A stretch of DNA of 62,949 nt, counting the filler, from Trichomonas gallinae (Eukaryota), in NCBI GenBank assembly GCA_008369845.1. It is 6 parts of 6 records of this genome, joined end to end, with 100 filler letters (N's around TTAATTAATTAA, not from the genome) between each part and the next. Parts side by side here need not be neighbours in the genome. Positions count along the whole stretch, not along the records: positions 43,750 to 54,563 come from MRSU01001566.1; positions 54,664 to 58,598 come from MRSU01001571.1; 4 more parts are not named here. One strand, given 5' to 3'. Positions within the stretch are counted from its first letter, which is position 1, and each line of letters starts with the position of its first letter. Shown one piece after another: positions 45,447 through 55,437 of this stretch. The position numbers and the translations under genes are program-made. The notes under the pieces are model-generated. The model saw nothing but the letters and a program-made list of their open reading frames with translations, was not told where the DNA came from and did not search any database.

Positions 45447-47036
45447 ATGAAAAGTGCAACAGAAGAAAGTGTAGGGATTACAGAATTCATCAACGATTTA
45501 CCTGGAATGAACGGTATTATTAAGCATAGATACTCTGACTTCCATGTACATGAAATAGATCAGGATGGAAATATAATTTATTTAACATCATTGAACAGAC
45601 TTGAGCCAGCACCACTCCCCGAGGGTTTTGAAGAGTGGATTTCAAAGCCAGGATATCCATTTTTCAAATTTACTCCAGATAATAAATATCAGCTTTCTCA
45701 AATTTACTTTAAACATCCTGAACTCAAGTTAACCATCGAAAATAACGTAGTTACACTTGAAAAACAAGCAAAAAGAAGACCTCGCCCAATGGTAATTTCG
45801 TTGGTCATTAGTAAAGAAAATACTAATCAACAAGAAGCGATTTCACGCATTGCCACGAAACTTGGAATAACTAAAAAGCAAATTGGAGTTGCAGGAAACA
45901 AAGATAAGCGTGCAATTACTACGCAAATCATGACAATTCGCGATATAGGAATCAATGCAGTAGAAACACTTTCGAACTTGACAGATAAGATCAAATGTGG
46001 AATGTATTATCAAACAATGAATCCTGTTAACCTTGGTGATCTCAAAGGAAATCATTTTACATTAGTTTTACGTAATTTGACTATTCCTGGATGTGACACT
46101 ATCGATCAGCTTAGGCAAGGTCTTAAAGATAGAATGGAGGCATTAACACAGAAAGGATTTATAAATTATTTTGGTATGCAGCGTTTTGGAACGACAGCTT
46201 TATCAACGCACACAGTTGGCATTGCTATACTCCGTAAAGAGTGGCAGAATGTCATTGATATGATCATGTCTCCTATAGATGGGAACCAAGAAGATGTAAA
46301 TAACGCAAAAATCCTCTACAAGAGGACAAAAGATGCTGAAAAGGCATATGCTATGATGCCAAAGCATGCTGCAACAGAAAGATCCATTCTAGCAACAGCC
46401 AAAAAAGGAATTTCGAATCCATTTGAACAATTTAAATCAATAGACAGAAGACAGAGACTTCTTTACTGCCATGCATACCAGAGCTACGTATGGAACCACT
46501 GCGCAAGCGCCAGAATCAAAAGAAATGGCTTCAAAGTTGTTGAAGGCGACATTGTCGAGCAAAACGGAAATTTCATCAAAGTTACAAAAGAAAACAAAGA
46601 CAAATTCACGCCATTCGACATAGTCATTCCGCTCCCAGCAGATGGCTGCATTTCTCCTGATGCCGAAGTTTTGCTGAAAAAGGACGGAATTACACCAGAT
46701 ATGTTTTCATCTCAAAAAGAACTCGGATTAACCGGCGACTACAGGAAATTGTTTGCATTACCTACAGATATTTCGTATGATATTATTGAACACGACGACA
46801 ACGACGCTGAACTGATTGACTCAGACATTGACAAACTCGAAGGAAGGTCGAATATAAAGAACCATGTCCAAGGAGGCAAATATAGATCTGCTGTCGTCGA
46901 GTTTTCTCTCGGAGCGAGTCAATACGCGACAATGTGCATGAGAGAGCTGATGAAGAGAACAACAGAGTGGTGGAATGACTCAGAAATGTCAAACAAGCCA
47001 GAAAAAAGCAGCAGCCACTGGTGCAGAATTTCCTAA
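45447..47036 (+). CDS. PUS7: TruD-family pseudouridine synthase
   Basis: GIIKHRYSDFHVHEI, catalytic AGNKDKRAITTQ, LGDLKGNHF, GFINYFGMQRFG, HAYQSYVWN, YATMCMRELMK. The ATG at 45447 directly follows TCATT. Confidence 0.93.
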   Translation: MKSATEESVGITEFINDLPGMNGIIKHRYSDFHVHEIDQDGNIIYLTSLNRLEPAPLPEGFEEWISKPGYPFFKFTPDNKYQLSQIYFKHPELKLTIENNVVTLEKQAKRRPRPMVISLVISKENTNQQEAISRIATKLGITKKQIGVAGNKDKRAITTQIMTIRDIGINAVETLSNLTDKIKCGMYYQTMNPVNLGDLKGNHFTLVLRNLTIPGCDTIDQLRQGLKDRMEALTQKGFINYFGMQRFGTTALSTHTVGIAILRKEWQNVIDMIMSPIDGNQEDVNNAKILYKRTKDAEKAYAMMPKHAATERSILATAKKGISNPFEQFKSIDRRQRLLYCHAYQSYVWNHCASARIKRNGFKVVEGDIVEQNGNFIKVTKENKDKFTPFDIVIPLPADGCISPDAEVLLKKDGITPDMFSSQKELGLTGDYRKLFALPTDISYDIIEHDDNDAELIDSDIDKLEGRSNIKNHVQGGKYRSAVVEFSLGASQYATMCMRELMKRTTEWWNDSEMSNKPEKSSSHWCRIS

Positions 47037-47404
47037 TTTGCAAATCTTTTGTTTTTTTTTTTTAATATTAAAAAAATATTATTGTTTTATTTTATTATAA
47101 TTATCAGACTGAAATTTTGGTTGTATTTATTTTTTGTATTTCCATCTATTGCATGATCTGTGAAAAAAGTTTGACAATTTGAACATGATCTTGAAATGAA
47201 GCAGAAATCAAAGCTATATTGTTGTGTTTTATCATTTTAGTAGATATTAATGAATAATAAAATACATTTATAAATATTTATTCACCCTACTTTTACCCAT
47301 GTGATGGCTTAAAAATTGTTGGAAGGTCTTGATTCATTTTCTGCAAAAAGTGAAAATAGAATTTTTGTCGTGTAAATGAAAATTTTGCCATATAAATCCT
47401 GAAA

Positions 47405-48739
47405 ATGGGTGTGAAGCTTTGGCTCATGCGAGCGCCAAAGGAGATGCCTACTTGGAACAACGAACTTTCTCCATTCGCGATATGGAAGAATACAAAGATC
47501 TTTCCGACCAGGCATCTCATGATCCTTGCAGAAGTTATTTGTATATTATTATATATGCAGCGAGTTTTGGTTCCATCAACAATGGTTTCCTATCATATAC
47601 ACGAAATGTTCGTCAGAATTTTCTATTCTGATGACCACGAAGCTCCAATTTCAAATACAGACTCATTAAACGAATATTTTACAACTCTCTCAGAGAAAGC
47701 GCAACAAATGGATGCAAGTTCACTATTAGATATACAGTTTCCGGATAGAAATCATCTAATGATTCAGGAATTTATTTATTCCAATGGATCATCTTCAATT
47801 GTCTACAATCTTCCCGAACTGGATCCATTCATTCTGAAAAATGTATCTACAATAAGAACTCTTATTCCAGCTTATATTATTTCATCGAAAAAGAAAGTTC
47901 CTGGCTGTTCTGCATGGACAGTTGATATAGAAGTATCTATGGTTAAAACAGATCCTGCGTTTTGGCTCAGCAGCAAAGTCCATAGATCACAATGTCCTTT
48001 AGATATCCATGTTAAGCATGATCAGCTCGAATATGTCATTGGAACGAAGAATACGTTGCTTCCTCTTATATTCATTAGCATTTGTCACTTTATTTTCAAT
48101 GTTTTCGAACTTCGATCAAGATTAAATTTGGAGAAGCAGTTTTACAAGAACGACAACAGATTCCACTCATTACCGTCGGCAAGCAGACTCCATTATACTG
48201 TTGGAATGTGGATTCCTGTTGAATTTTTAACATTGACCGCAACATTGATCACTTCCAGCTTCGTTTTGCACGATATTCGCACTGTCACTGAGCTCCCATC
48301 CCTCCTTGTCATGGAAATGTTCTCTGTTTCGTCATCAATCCACATATCTTTAATTTGTCAAATGTTCCAGTACACAAAGACCGTTTATCTGTTTGTTTTG
48401 ATCATGCGTGATGGATTCATTCTCTTCTTCAATGTTATTGTTGGCACAGTTCCATTTATTTTTGCAATTTTGTTGAGTGGCGTCTTCTGCTTCGCTACTT
48501 ATGCTAAGAAAGCAAAGAGTTTCTGGAGTATGTACGAAATCATCAACTCCTTCGAGTATTCCAACAACATCCTCCCAATGTACAACGAATTCTCAGACGG
48601 TACTACTCTTTTCAACTGGCTTTCGTTCGCTTTCATGACAATCACCGTCATCACGTCTGGTTGGATCGTCCTCTACTCGCTGATGTCTGCCGCTCTCGTT
48701 ACTCACTCCACAATCGTGAAGAAACAAAAGAAGGAGTGA
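47405..48739 (+). CDS. Mucolipin/polycystin (TRPML-like) cation channel protein, divergent
   Basis: SPFAIWK..KIFP..L N-terminal motif, a large first lumenal loop with two Cys, five further TMs, and a pore-helix-like WSMYEIINSFEYSNNILPMYNEF between TM5 and TM6. Confidence 0.65.
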   Translation: MGVKLWLMRAPKEMPTWNNELSPFAIWKNTKIFPTRHLMILAEVICILLYMQRVLVPSTMVSYHIHEMFVRIFYSDDHEAPISNTDSLNEYFTTLSEKAQQMDASSLLDIQFPDRNHLMIQEFIYSNGSSSIVYNLPELDPFILKNVSTIRTLIPAYIISSKKKVPGCSAWTVDIEVSMVKTDPAFWLSSKVHRSQCPLDIHVKHDQLEYVIGTKNTLLPLIFISICHFIFNVFELRSRLNLEKQFYKNDNRFHSLPSASRLHYTVGMWIPVEFLTLTATLITSSFVLHDIRTVTELPSLLVMEMFSVSSSIHISLICQMFQYTKTVYLFVLIMRDGFILFFNVIVGTVPFIFAILLSGVFCFATYAKKAKSFWSMYEIINSFEYSNNILPMYNEFSDGTTLFNWLSFAFMTITVITSGWIVLYSLMSAALVTHSTIVKKQKKE

Positions 48740-48960
48740 AAAAATTTAATTTTGTTTTTCAAATTATGTTTATTTATAAAAATAGAACTATTCTTAATAA
48801 AATCTCACTACTCTATCACAATATTTCGAGAGCTGTTATTGAGTTCTCCTTTTTGCCCAAAGCAAAATATTCAAAGATTTTATTTTCAGCACATATTCAC
48901 TATGTTTAAGTGCAATGAATCATATATAGGAAAATAGTGTTGTAGAGATAATTAGATGTG

Positions 48961-49282
48961 TTTGTCTCATTGAGAAATGCATGGATTTCAATCTTGAATA
49001 AATTTCATAGCATTTTGTACAATGTTTTAAAGCAAAAAGTGATTATATTGCTGAGTACTATTGTTATATGCATATTTCGAAGAGAAAAATAAAGATTTCA
49101 AAATTCGAACGAAATTCTTAATATTGTGCACAATTTATTAATAGTAAAAGTTACTGTATTGTTAAGTAATTATAATTCATTTTCTATTTGATTTGATCTC
49201 ATAGAGAAAATGCATGGATTTCGATTTCGAACTAATTTCTTAGTATTTCGCACAATGTTTTAATGCAAAAAGTGAATATATT
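48961..49282. repeat. Diverged ~90-bp direct repeat, two copies
   Basis: 48961-49050 and 49192-49282 share TCTCAT.GAGAAA..TGCATGGATTTC...ACAATGTTTTAA.GCAAAAAGTGA.TATATT. Confidence 0.8.
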
Positions 49283-49387
49283 ATTTAGTAGTATTGATAA
49301 AACAAAAATCGCAATATTAAGAGAAAATTTCCGGTAGGGAAAAACAAAAATATTGAGTAGTTGTAAAGTAAAATATATATTTTAGAA

Positions 49388-49603
49388 ATGTTTTTGCTTT
49401 TCTTGCTCAGCGTCGCATTTAGACGTGCCAGGAATCCATACATCGACCCAGAGCGCCAAGTCCACTCTAAACAAGCACACGAAGTAACAACAGAAGAAGT
49501 AGCCCAAATTGATGACTGCGAAGACATTGTTGAAGAACATAAAAACATTCCAGTTAAATCTGTGTTTAAGTTTGCGATGGCGCTGGCAATGCGTGAAGTT
49601 TAG
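49388..49603 (+). CDS. Small protein (71 aa) with a signal-peptide-like N-terminus, hypothetical
   Basis: MFLLFLLSVAF then RRAR; GC content is clearly above the flanks. Confidence 0.6.
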   Translation: MFLLFLLSVAFRRARNPYIDPERQVHSKQAHEVTTEEVAQIDDCEDIVEEHKNIPVKSVFKFAMALAMREV

Positions 49604-50362
49604 TTTTTAAATTCAATTTATCTTTCACATTTACAATTGTTTATGAATAAATGCTTGTGTTTGGATACTAAATCTTACAAAACTTGTTATATTTTTCAAC
49701 CTTACTCATTACATTTCAAAGTATTTTTATTTTATCGAAATGGTTCAAATTACAAATATCGTGCAATGGACAAATTTGAGAAAATACGATTTATCTCTTT
49801 TTTCCATGTGAATTATGCCCTTTTGTCGATAAAATTAAATTCATAAATTTTTATATTAGTATTCCCGAGAATAATGAAGTCCAGATACACCAACATCCAT
49901 AGTAATTAGATTGAACAAGTCTTATTGCTTAATCATATAATGATCGAATTTCATAGCTTTGTGTCCTAAATAATGACTTAATATTTTGCATATGATATAT
50001 ATACAAATATGATATGTCAAATATTTAATATTTAAGGAATTGTATTGGTAGATATAGAGTTTTAAGTAATGCAAAAATCATTTTCTTTATTTTAATTCTG
50101 GCAAAATAAATCCTTTTCTTATCATTTTTGCCAATTTTTGCAGAAATCAAAAAACAATAAATTATCCATATGAAAGTATATTAGGTATAGATTACAATAA
50201 AACAATTTTCCTCAAAAAAACATCAATATTTATATAATTTTGTTGATTTATTTAAAAAATAAAGTCAGATTTGATATTAGTACATAAAAATAATGATAAA
50301 ATTCAAAGATTTTCAAAATTTTCCAAAAATCGGAAAAAACGTATTTTTTCAAAAAAATTTCG

Positions 50363-52687
50363 ATGAGTGACAGATATGCAAATTACCATTCCAATCCAGT
50401 ATCACCAGGACGGCCTCTTCCACCACTGAAGTCCCCTCTTGCGAATCCGAGCACTTCTCGCGCGTTAAATCTCGAATTGCAAAAGACTCGTGCGAATGTT
50501 ATGGATTCGATCCAAGCAGAGTCTAACGCGAGATCGAGACTTAACCATAAATTCGAATCGCAAATCTCTTTGGCTGGACACGAGTTTAATCCAAAGATTC
50601 ATACTTTAGATCGTCAATCAAGCTTCACAAAGAAGCAGCTCGCTTCTCTTCTTCAACAAATTACTGAGATAAATGCGGTTTCAATACAAAATATGAAAAA
50701 TTCTTGCGAAAACTCAAAACTTCAATTAGAACAAAAGATTAAACAGGATTCAATCAGCAGATTGAACCCGATTACAGAGGAACAGCGAGGGCAAGGAGCA
50801 AAATTACAAAAAGTTACTGAAAATATTGTCTCATTCTTCTCAAAAATTTCTGATTCCATCCGTGATTTAGATGGAAACTTCGACAAATGCGACAAAGAAA
50901 TTGCTGACTACAATCGTTCAACATCATCTACAATGAGTGACATTACTCCAAGAATTGCTGCAATAGAAACAAAAGCAACAGCTCTTGAAGCTACAGCCGA
51001 AAGCTTTGTCCGCATGATTGGACAAACGCAAGACATGATAAACAAGCAAAAAGAAATACGTGATACTCTCAAAAATATAGAAGATGAAGGAATCGACAAT
51101 GCCGTTTCGCAAATGGGCCAAGACGCTTACTCAGTTATCAGTACTAAGACAACCGAGCTTGACCAGAGAATTTCAACCGCAGAAACAGAAATAACGTCAT
51201 TGGATGGATCTCTACAATCGGCAGAACAGTCCCAGATTCAACAAAACTCTCAGGTCGAAAACATGTCGAGGAAATACATGGAGCTTGAAGGCTCATTGAA
51301 GTCCGATGAAGAAGAAATTCTAGGAAAATTGAATTCTCTCGATAAAAAGCTTCAAGACGTCAAGACAAGACTATTACAACAGATGGAGGATCACACAGAT
51401 TCTGTTTCTAGTGATAATAAGTTCAGCGAGGACGATTTCAACGAAAATGTCCAGCATCTTTCAGATCTCTCAGCTTTAGATCTTAAAAACCTTACTAACG
51501 ACTGGAAGGAATTTACAGACAACAACAAAATCGCTCAAAACAACGTTGACGAGATAATATTTAAATCCATCAACCAATTACAAGGAAAACCAAACATTGT
51601 TCAGCGCGTCAAAGCAGCTGAGCAGAGAATCCAGTGGTGCCTGTCCCGCCTCGACTACTGGGCAAGAGACGACGCGAAAAGGAAGAGGTCTGCGCTAGAT
51701 GACTCTGATGCAATGCTTCGGAAGGTCTCTGAACTCGAAGATAAAGTTTCCGAGTTTGAGACGAATCTTCAGCGCATTGACGGACAAGAAGCCAGGTACG
51801 AGCAAAGCCAGGTCATCGTGCATTACACTAAAGTTCCTGTTCCTCCTGTAAAGCTTCACGCTGAGCCAACAAACGAAAAAATCGGACTCGACGAAAAACT
51901 TAAATTAACATATTCCGAAAACGACGAATTTCAGCCGCTTAGGAAGTCTAAAGAGGACGAAGAGCGTGCGGCCGAGCGCCTGAAGAAGCTCCAGGAGCAG
52001 AAGGAAAAGAGAAAAGAAAGATTGCAGCAAATGAATGAAAAAATCGAAAATGATTTCGTTAATGAACAAGAAAACCAAGAAAGTCCAGAGAAGCAAAGTC
52101 CCAAGAAAGCAAATGTAGCAAAAGATGAAGAAGAAGACGAAAAAGAACCGAAAAATGAAGATGATGAAGAAAAAGTTGTAAAAGATGAAAAGAAGAAGGC
52201 AGAAGAGGAAGAGAGAGTGAAGCCGACAAAGACGAAGTCCATGGAAAGGTTGGCCATCAAGAAACAAAATTCTATGGAAAAATTAGCTGACTCAAAGAAG
52301 ACGAAATCATCAGAAAGCCTCACTAAACCAGCAGAAAAGGCTGATGAACCAAAGAAAAACAATGATTCTCCAGCCGAAAGAGGATTGAAATCATTAGTTG
52401 CGGAAAAGGTTGACGATGAGCTGGATGAAGCGGAAAAACCAGCTAAAAAGAAAGAATCGCCAAAGAAAAACAATGATTCGCCAGCCAAAGGAGGTTTGAG
52501 AGAATTAGTTGCGGAAAAAGTTGACGATGAGTTAGAAAAAGAGGAAGACGCTAAACCTAAAAAGCCAGCTGAGAAGTTATCTCTCAAAGCGGATGTTGCA
52601 GCCAAAGCTGACGTCAAAGATGAAGATGATAAGAAGAAATCTGATGATAAGCTTTCTCTCAAAGGTGGAATTGCTGCCAAACTTTAA
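50363..52687 (+). CDS. Long coiled-coil protein with a K/E/D-rich repetitive tail (possible cytoskeletal protein)
   Basis: 774-aa ORF with heptad-like composition. KKNNDSPA(E/K)(R/G)GL..LVAEKVDDEL is duplicated, as is KLSLK. Confidence 0.8.
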   Translation: MSDRYANYHSNPVSPGRPLPPLKSPLANPSTSRALNLELQKTRANVMDSIQAESNARSRLNHKFESQISLAGHEFNPKIHTLDRQSSFTKKQLASLLQQITEINAVSIQNMKNSCENSKLQLEQKIKQDSISRLNPITEEQRGQGAKLQKVTENIVSFFSKISDSIRDLDGNFDKCDKEIADYNRSTSSTMSDITPRIAAIETKATALEATAESFVRMIGQTQDMINKQKEIRDTLKNIEDEGIDNAVSQMGQDAYSVISTKTTELDQRISTAETEITSLDGSLQSAEQSQIQQNSQVENMSRKYMELEGSLKSDEEEILGKLNSLDKKLQDVKTRLLQQMEDHTDSVSSDNKFSEDDFNENVQHLSDLSALDLKNLTNDWKEFTDNNKIAQNNVDEIIFKSINQLQGKPNIVQRVKAAEQRIQWCLSRLDYWARDDAKRKRSALDDSDAMLRKVSELEDKVSEFETNLQRIDGQEARYEQSQVIVHYTKVPVPPVKLHAEPTNEKIGLDEKLKLTYSENDEFQPLRKSKEDEERAAERLKKLQEQKEKRKERLQQMNEKIENDFVNEQENQESPEKQSPKKANVAKDEEEDEKEPKNEDDEEKVVKDEKKKAEEEERVKPTKTKSMERLAIKKQNSMEKLADSKKTKSSESLTKPAEKADEPKKNNDSPAERGLKSLVAEKVDDELDEAEKPAKKKESPKKNNDSPAKGGLRELVAEKVDDELEKEEDAKPKKPAEKLSLKADVAAKADVKDEDDKKKSDDKLSLKGGIAAKL

Positions 52688-52949
52688 TTTGTCTAGTAAA
52701 TTATTATTTTCATTGTTCTCTTTTATTGAATTTTATTTTTTTCAAATTATTAAACAAAATGTTTATGTATTTAATGATTTTCTGCATAGGGAATTGCGTA
52801 TATATCAGAGATCATGAATAATATGAAACAAAATAATTTAATTTTATATATAGAGAACAACCAAAAGAAATATTTCAGTAATAAATCGGTGTAAAATTCG
52901 TAGTATTATTGGCAATATAATTGGACGATTAGCTTAAAATAAAAATAAA

Positions 52950-53315
52950 TTAATCGTCGTGCCTCATTGCTGTAACTTCGAGACATGGAATTTTGAGAGT
53001 TCCAGTTTCAAGTTGAACAATTCCTGGTTTAAGTTTGATGTAGTAAATATTATAAATAAATCTAAAGTCAATTGGTTCGCCTTCGATATGGCAGCTTGGT
53101 CCATATTCTTGACCACTGAACTCATCCATTTTTTCGGTTATACTTTTTCTGAATTCACGCTCGATTATATATTTTGTATCTTCATCGATGATTTTGCCGT
53201 CCTGCATTTCAGTGAGGACTTTTTCTAATGCCTGGCCAATTGGTGTTCCCATATAATAGTTATAAATGTGGGAAGTTCTTCCAATTGTTTCTGGCTCCAT
53301 CATGTTTTCCGCCAT
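52950..53315 (-). CDS. TOA2: Transcription initiation factor IIA gamma (small) subunit, divergent
   Basis: YNYYMGTPIGQALEKVLTEM..GKI...I..EF.KSI.E followed by HIEG....FRFI.NIY.I.LK matches the TFIIA-gamma two-helix plus beta pattern; 121 aa. Confidence 0.72.
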   Translation of the reverse strand: MAENMMEPETIGRTSHIYNYYMGTPIGQALEKVLTEMQDGKIIDEDTKYIIEREFRKSITEKMDEFSGQEYGPSCHIEGEPIDFRFIYNIYYIKLKPGIVQLETGTLKIPCLEVTAMRHDD

Positions 53316-54018
53316 TTTTTTTATGATTGAAAAATGCTCATAACTTATTATTTGTTCATATTTAGGACTTAAGTCCGGTTGTCATTAGTAGCTGGCTTAC
53401 TACCCCGGATTTTGGCAACTCACTAATCAGAATATCTTGATTTCATCAAATGAATTATCCGATTCCAAAAAGAAATTTGATATATAAACTCATATACAAA
53501 TAAATCGTGAAAACACAATAAAACACTCATACTAGCTCTATATTTTTAAGGATTTTTAAATCTAATCGATTTCCAATGAAGGTCAGCGACTCATCCAATA
53601 GCAGTCATTAAAAAACTCTTTCAGATTGAATGAAAATTACTTATTTTCAATTACAAATGATAATAGAAAAATCATAATTTGAAAAAAGCAAAATCATTTC
53701 CGAGTTAGGCTACAAATGCTCGCAGAAGCTTAGAATATCCTAATAAGCAAGTTATTAACATGGTATTATGAATGTTAATAAAGATAAAATTTTATGAGAG
53801 AATATGATTAATGAGTATAATAAAAATAAAAGTTTATGAGATAATATGATTGGCGAACATGATAAAAACAGCTGATGCCAAAATAATTTTTGTAATTTAA
53901 GTGTTGAAAATATTTAATTAAAAATTTACCCTAAATATTGATATGTTATTGCCAAAAATGCGAAGAAAAATAGCAGAACAATTATAGAATAAAAGTGACA
54001 GTATCAAAAGGTGACAAA

Positions 54019-54563
54019 ATGCTTAGTATTGTAGGTCTTCAAGGACCGGATTGGGTTATTATTGCAGCAGATTCTTCAGTTTCCTCCTCCATCATCTGCA
54101 TGAGTGAGGAATATGACAGAATAGCACAAATAGACGACAGGCATGCTTTAGCGATGTCTGGAGAAACAGGCGACTGCCTCCAGCTCTCCGAATATATCCA
54201 AGGAAATGTAGCTTTATATCACTTCAGAAATGGCATCGATCTCAGCAGCGATGCTTTATCACATTACATCAGAGACATCATGAGAAAGGCGATCAGATCA
54301 AATCCTTACGAAGTTAACATGCTTCTTGCTGGATATGATGGCAAGCCACATCTTTACTTTATGGATTACCTTGGTACTCTCCAGTCGATTCCATACGGCG
54401 CTCAGGGTTATTGCCAATATTTCGTTATGTCAGTATTTGATAAACACTATAAGGAAGGAATGACACTCGAAGAAGGTAAGGAGCTCATGAAATTAGCTTT
54501 GAACCAGATTAAGCAGAGATTTGTTATCGCTCCGCATGGATTTGTTGTTAAAGTTGTTGATAA
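54019..54563 (+). CDS. PSMB2: 20S proteasome subunit beta type-4 (beta4/PRE1), 3' end lost in the gap
   Basis: SIVGLQGPDWVIIAAD, SGETGDCLQLSEYIQGNV.LY, PYEVNMLLAGYD, LYFMDYLGT, QIKQRFVI. Confidence 0.9.
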
Positions 54564-54663
54564 NNNNNNNNNNNNNNNNNNNNNNNNNNNNNNNNNNNNN
54601 NNNNNNNTTAATTAATTAANNNNNNNNNNNNNNNNNNNNNNNNNNNNNNNNNNNNNNNNNNNN
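54564..54663. other. Artificial contig linker
   Basis: N44-TTAATTAATTAA-N44. Confidence 0.97.
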
Positions 54664-55437
54664 ATGTCTATACTCGATTCATTCTCAGGAGGCGTTTTCA
54701 TTGGATGCGCTTTAGTTCATTTATTCCCTGAAGGTATCCATGAGCTAGAACATTTCGAAATTCCTCTCGGTCCTCTGTTGTCACTACTCGGTTTTGTTTT
54801 GATGTTCGTTCTAGAGTCGTTCAGCTCACACAGTCATGCTCACGATTGCTGTGATGGTCATGACAAGCATGATGAACATGATCACGGCAAAAAAGAAAAG
54901 CATAAACATAATCACGAAAAACATTCTACGTCAGCGAGCGCTCTTTACATTGCATTGCTCTTCCATTCATTCGTGGAAGCAGCATCAATCGGAGTTGTTC
55001 GTGAATACAAAGTTATTAAAACTTTGATTTTTGCATTAGGTGGTCATTACCCTGCAGAAGTGTTTTCTCTCGGTCTACAAATATTCAAGAGCAGGATTTC
55101 TAAGCCAAAATACCTAATTATGATGATTTTCTATTCAATTCTTACTCCAGCGACAATTATGCTTGCTGACTATGTTGGAAAGTCCTTCAATGATACAGTT
55201 GCTGGATCCGCAGTAGCCATTTCTGCTGGCATCTTTATTTTCATTGCATGCAATGAACTTGGCGAAACTTTGGAAAAAATCCATCACGGATCAGTCAGCG
55301 AGAAGATTTTCCACTTGATCGCCATTTTCATTGGCGCAGCATGGATGGCTGGCATGGCTTTGACAGAACATTCTCATGAACATCATCATGGACATGATCA
55401 CCATCACCACCACCACCATCATGATCACGAGCTTTAG
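54664..55437 (+). CDS. ZIP (SLC39) metal transporter, probably 5'-truncated by the gap
   Basis: FSGGVFIGCALVHLFPE, a His-rich loop, LLFHSFVEAASIG (TM4) and AISAGIFIF. The ORF starts at the first base of the contig and appears to lack TM1. Confidence 0.9.
   Translation: MSILDSFSGGVFIGCALVHLFPEGIHELEHFEIPLGPLLSLLGFVLMFVLESFSSHSHAHDCCDGHDKHDEHDHGKKEKHKHNHEKHSTSASALYIALLFHSFVEAASIGVVREYKVIKTLIFALGGHYPAEVFSLGLQIFKSRISKPKYLIMMIFYSILTPATIMLADYVGKSFNDTVAGSAVAISAGIFIFIACNELGETLEKIHHGSVSEKIFHLIAIFIGAAWMAGMALTEHSHEHHHGHDHHHHHHHHDHEL

Noticed and set aside
51905..52680. Long antisense ORFs (also 60764-61432, 61069-61803, 5346-5564)
   Set aside because: Shadows of low-complexity K/E-rich or repeat-coding genes, on the opposite strand or in another frame.
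53995..55437. Apparent adjacency or fusion of the proteasome subunit and the ZIP transporter
   Set aside because: They are separated by the artificial linker and both genes are truncated at contig edges.
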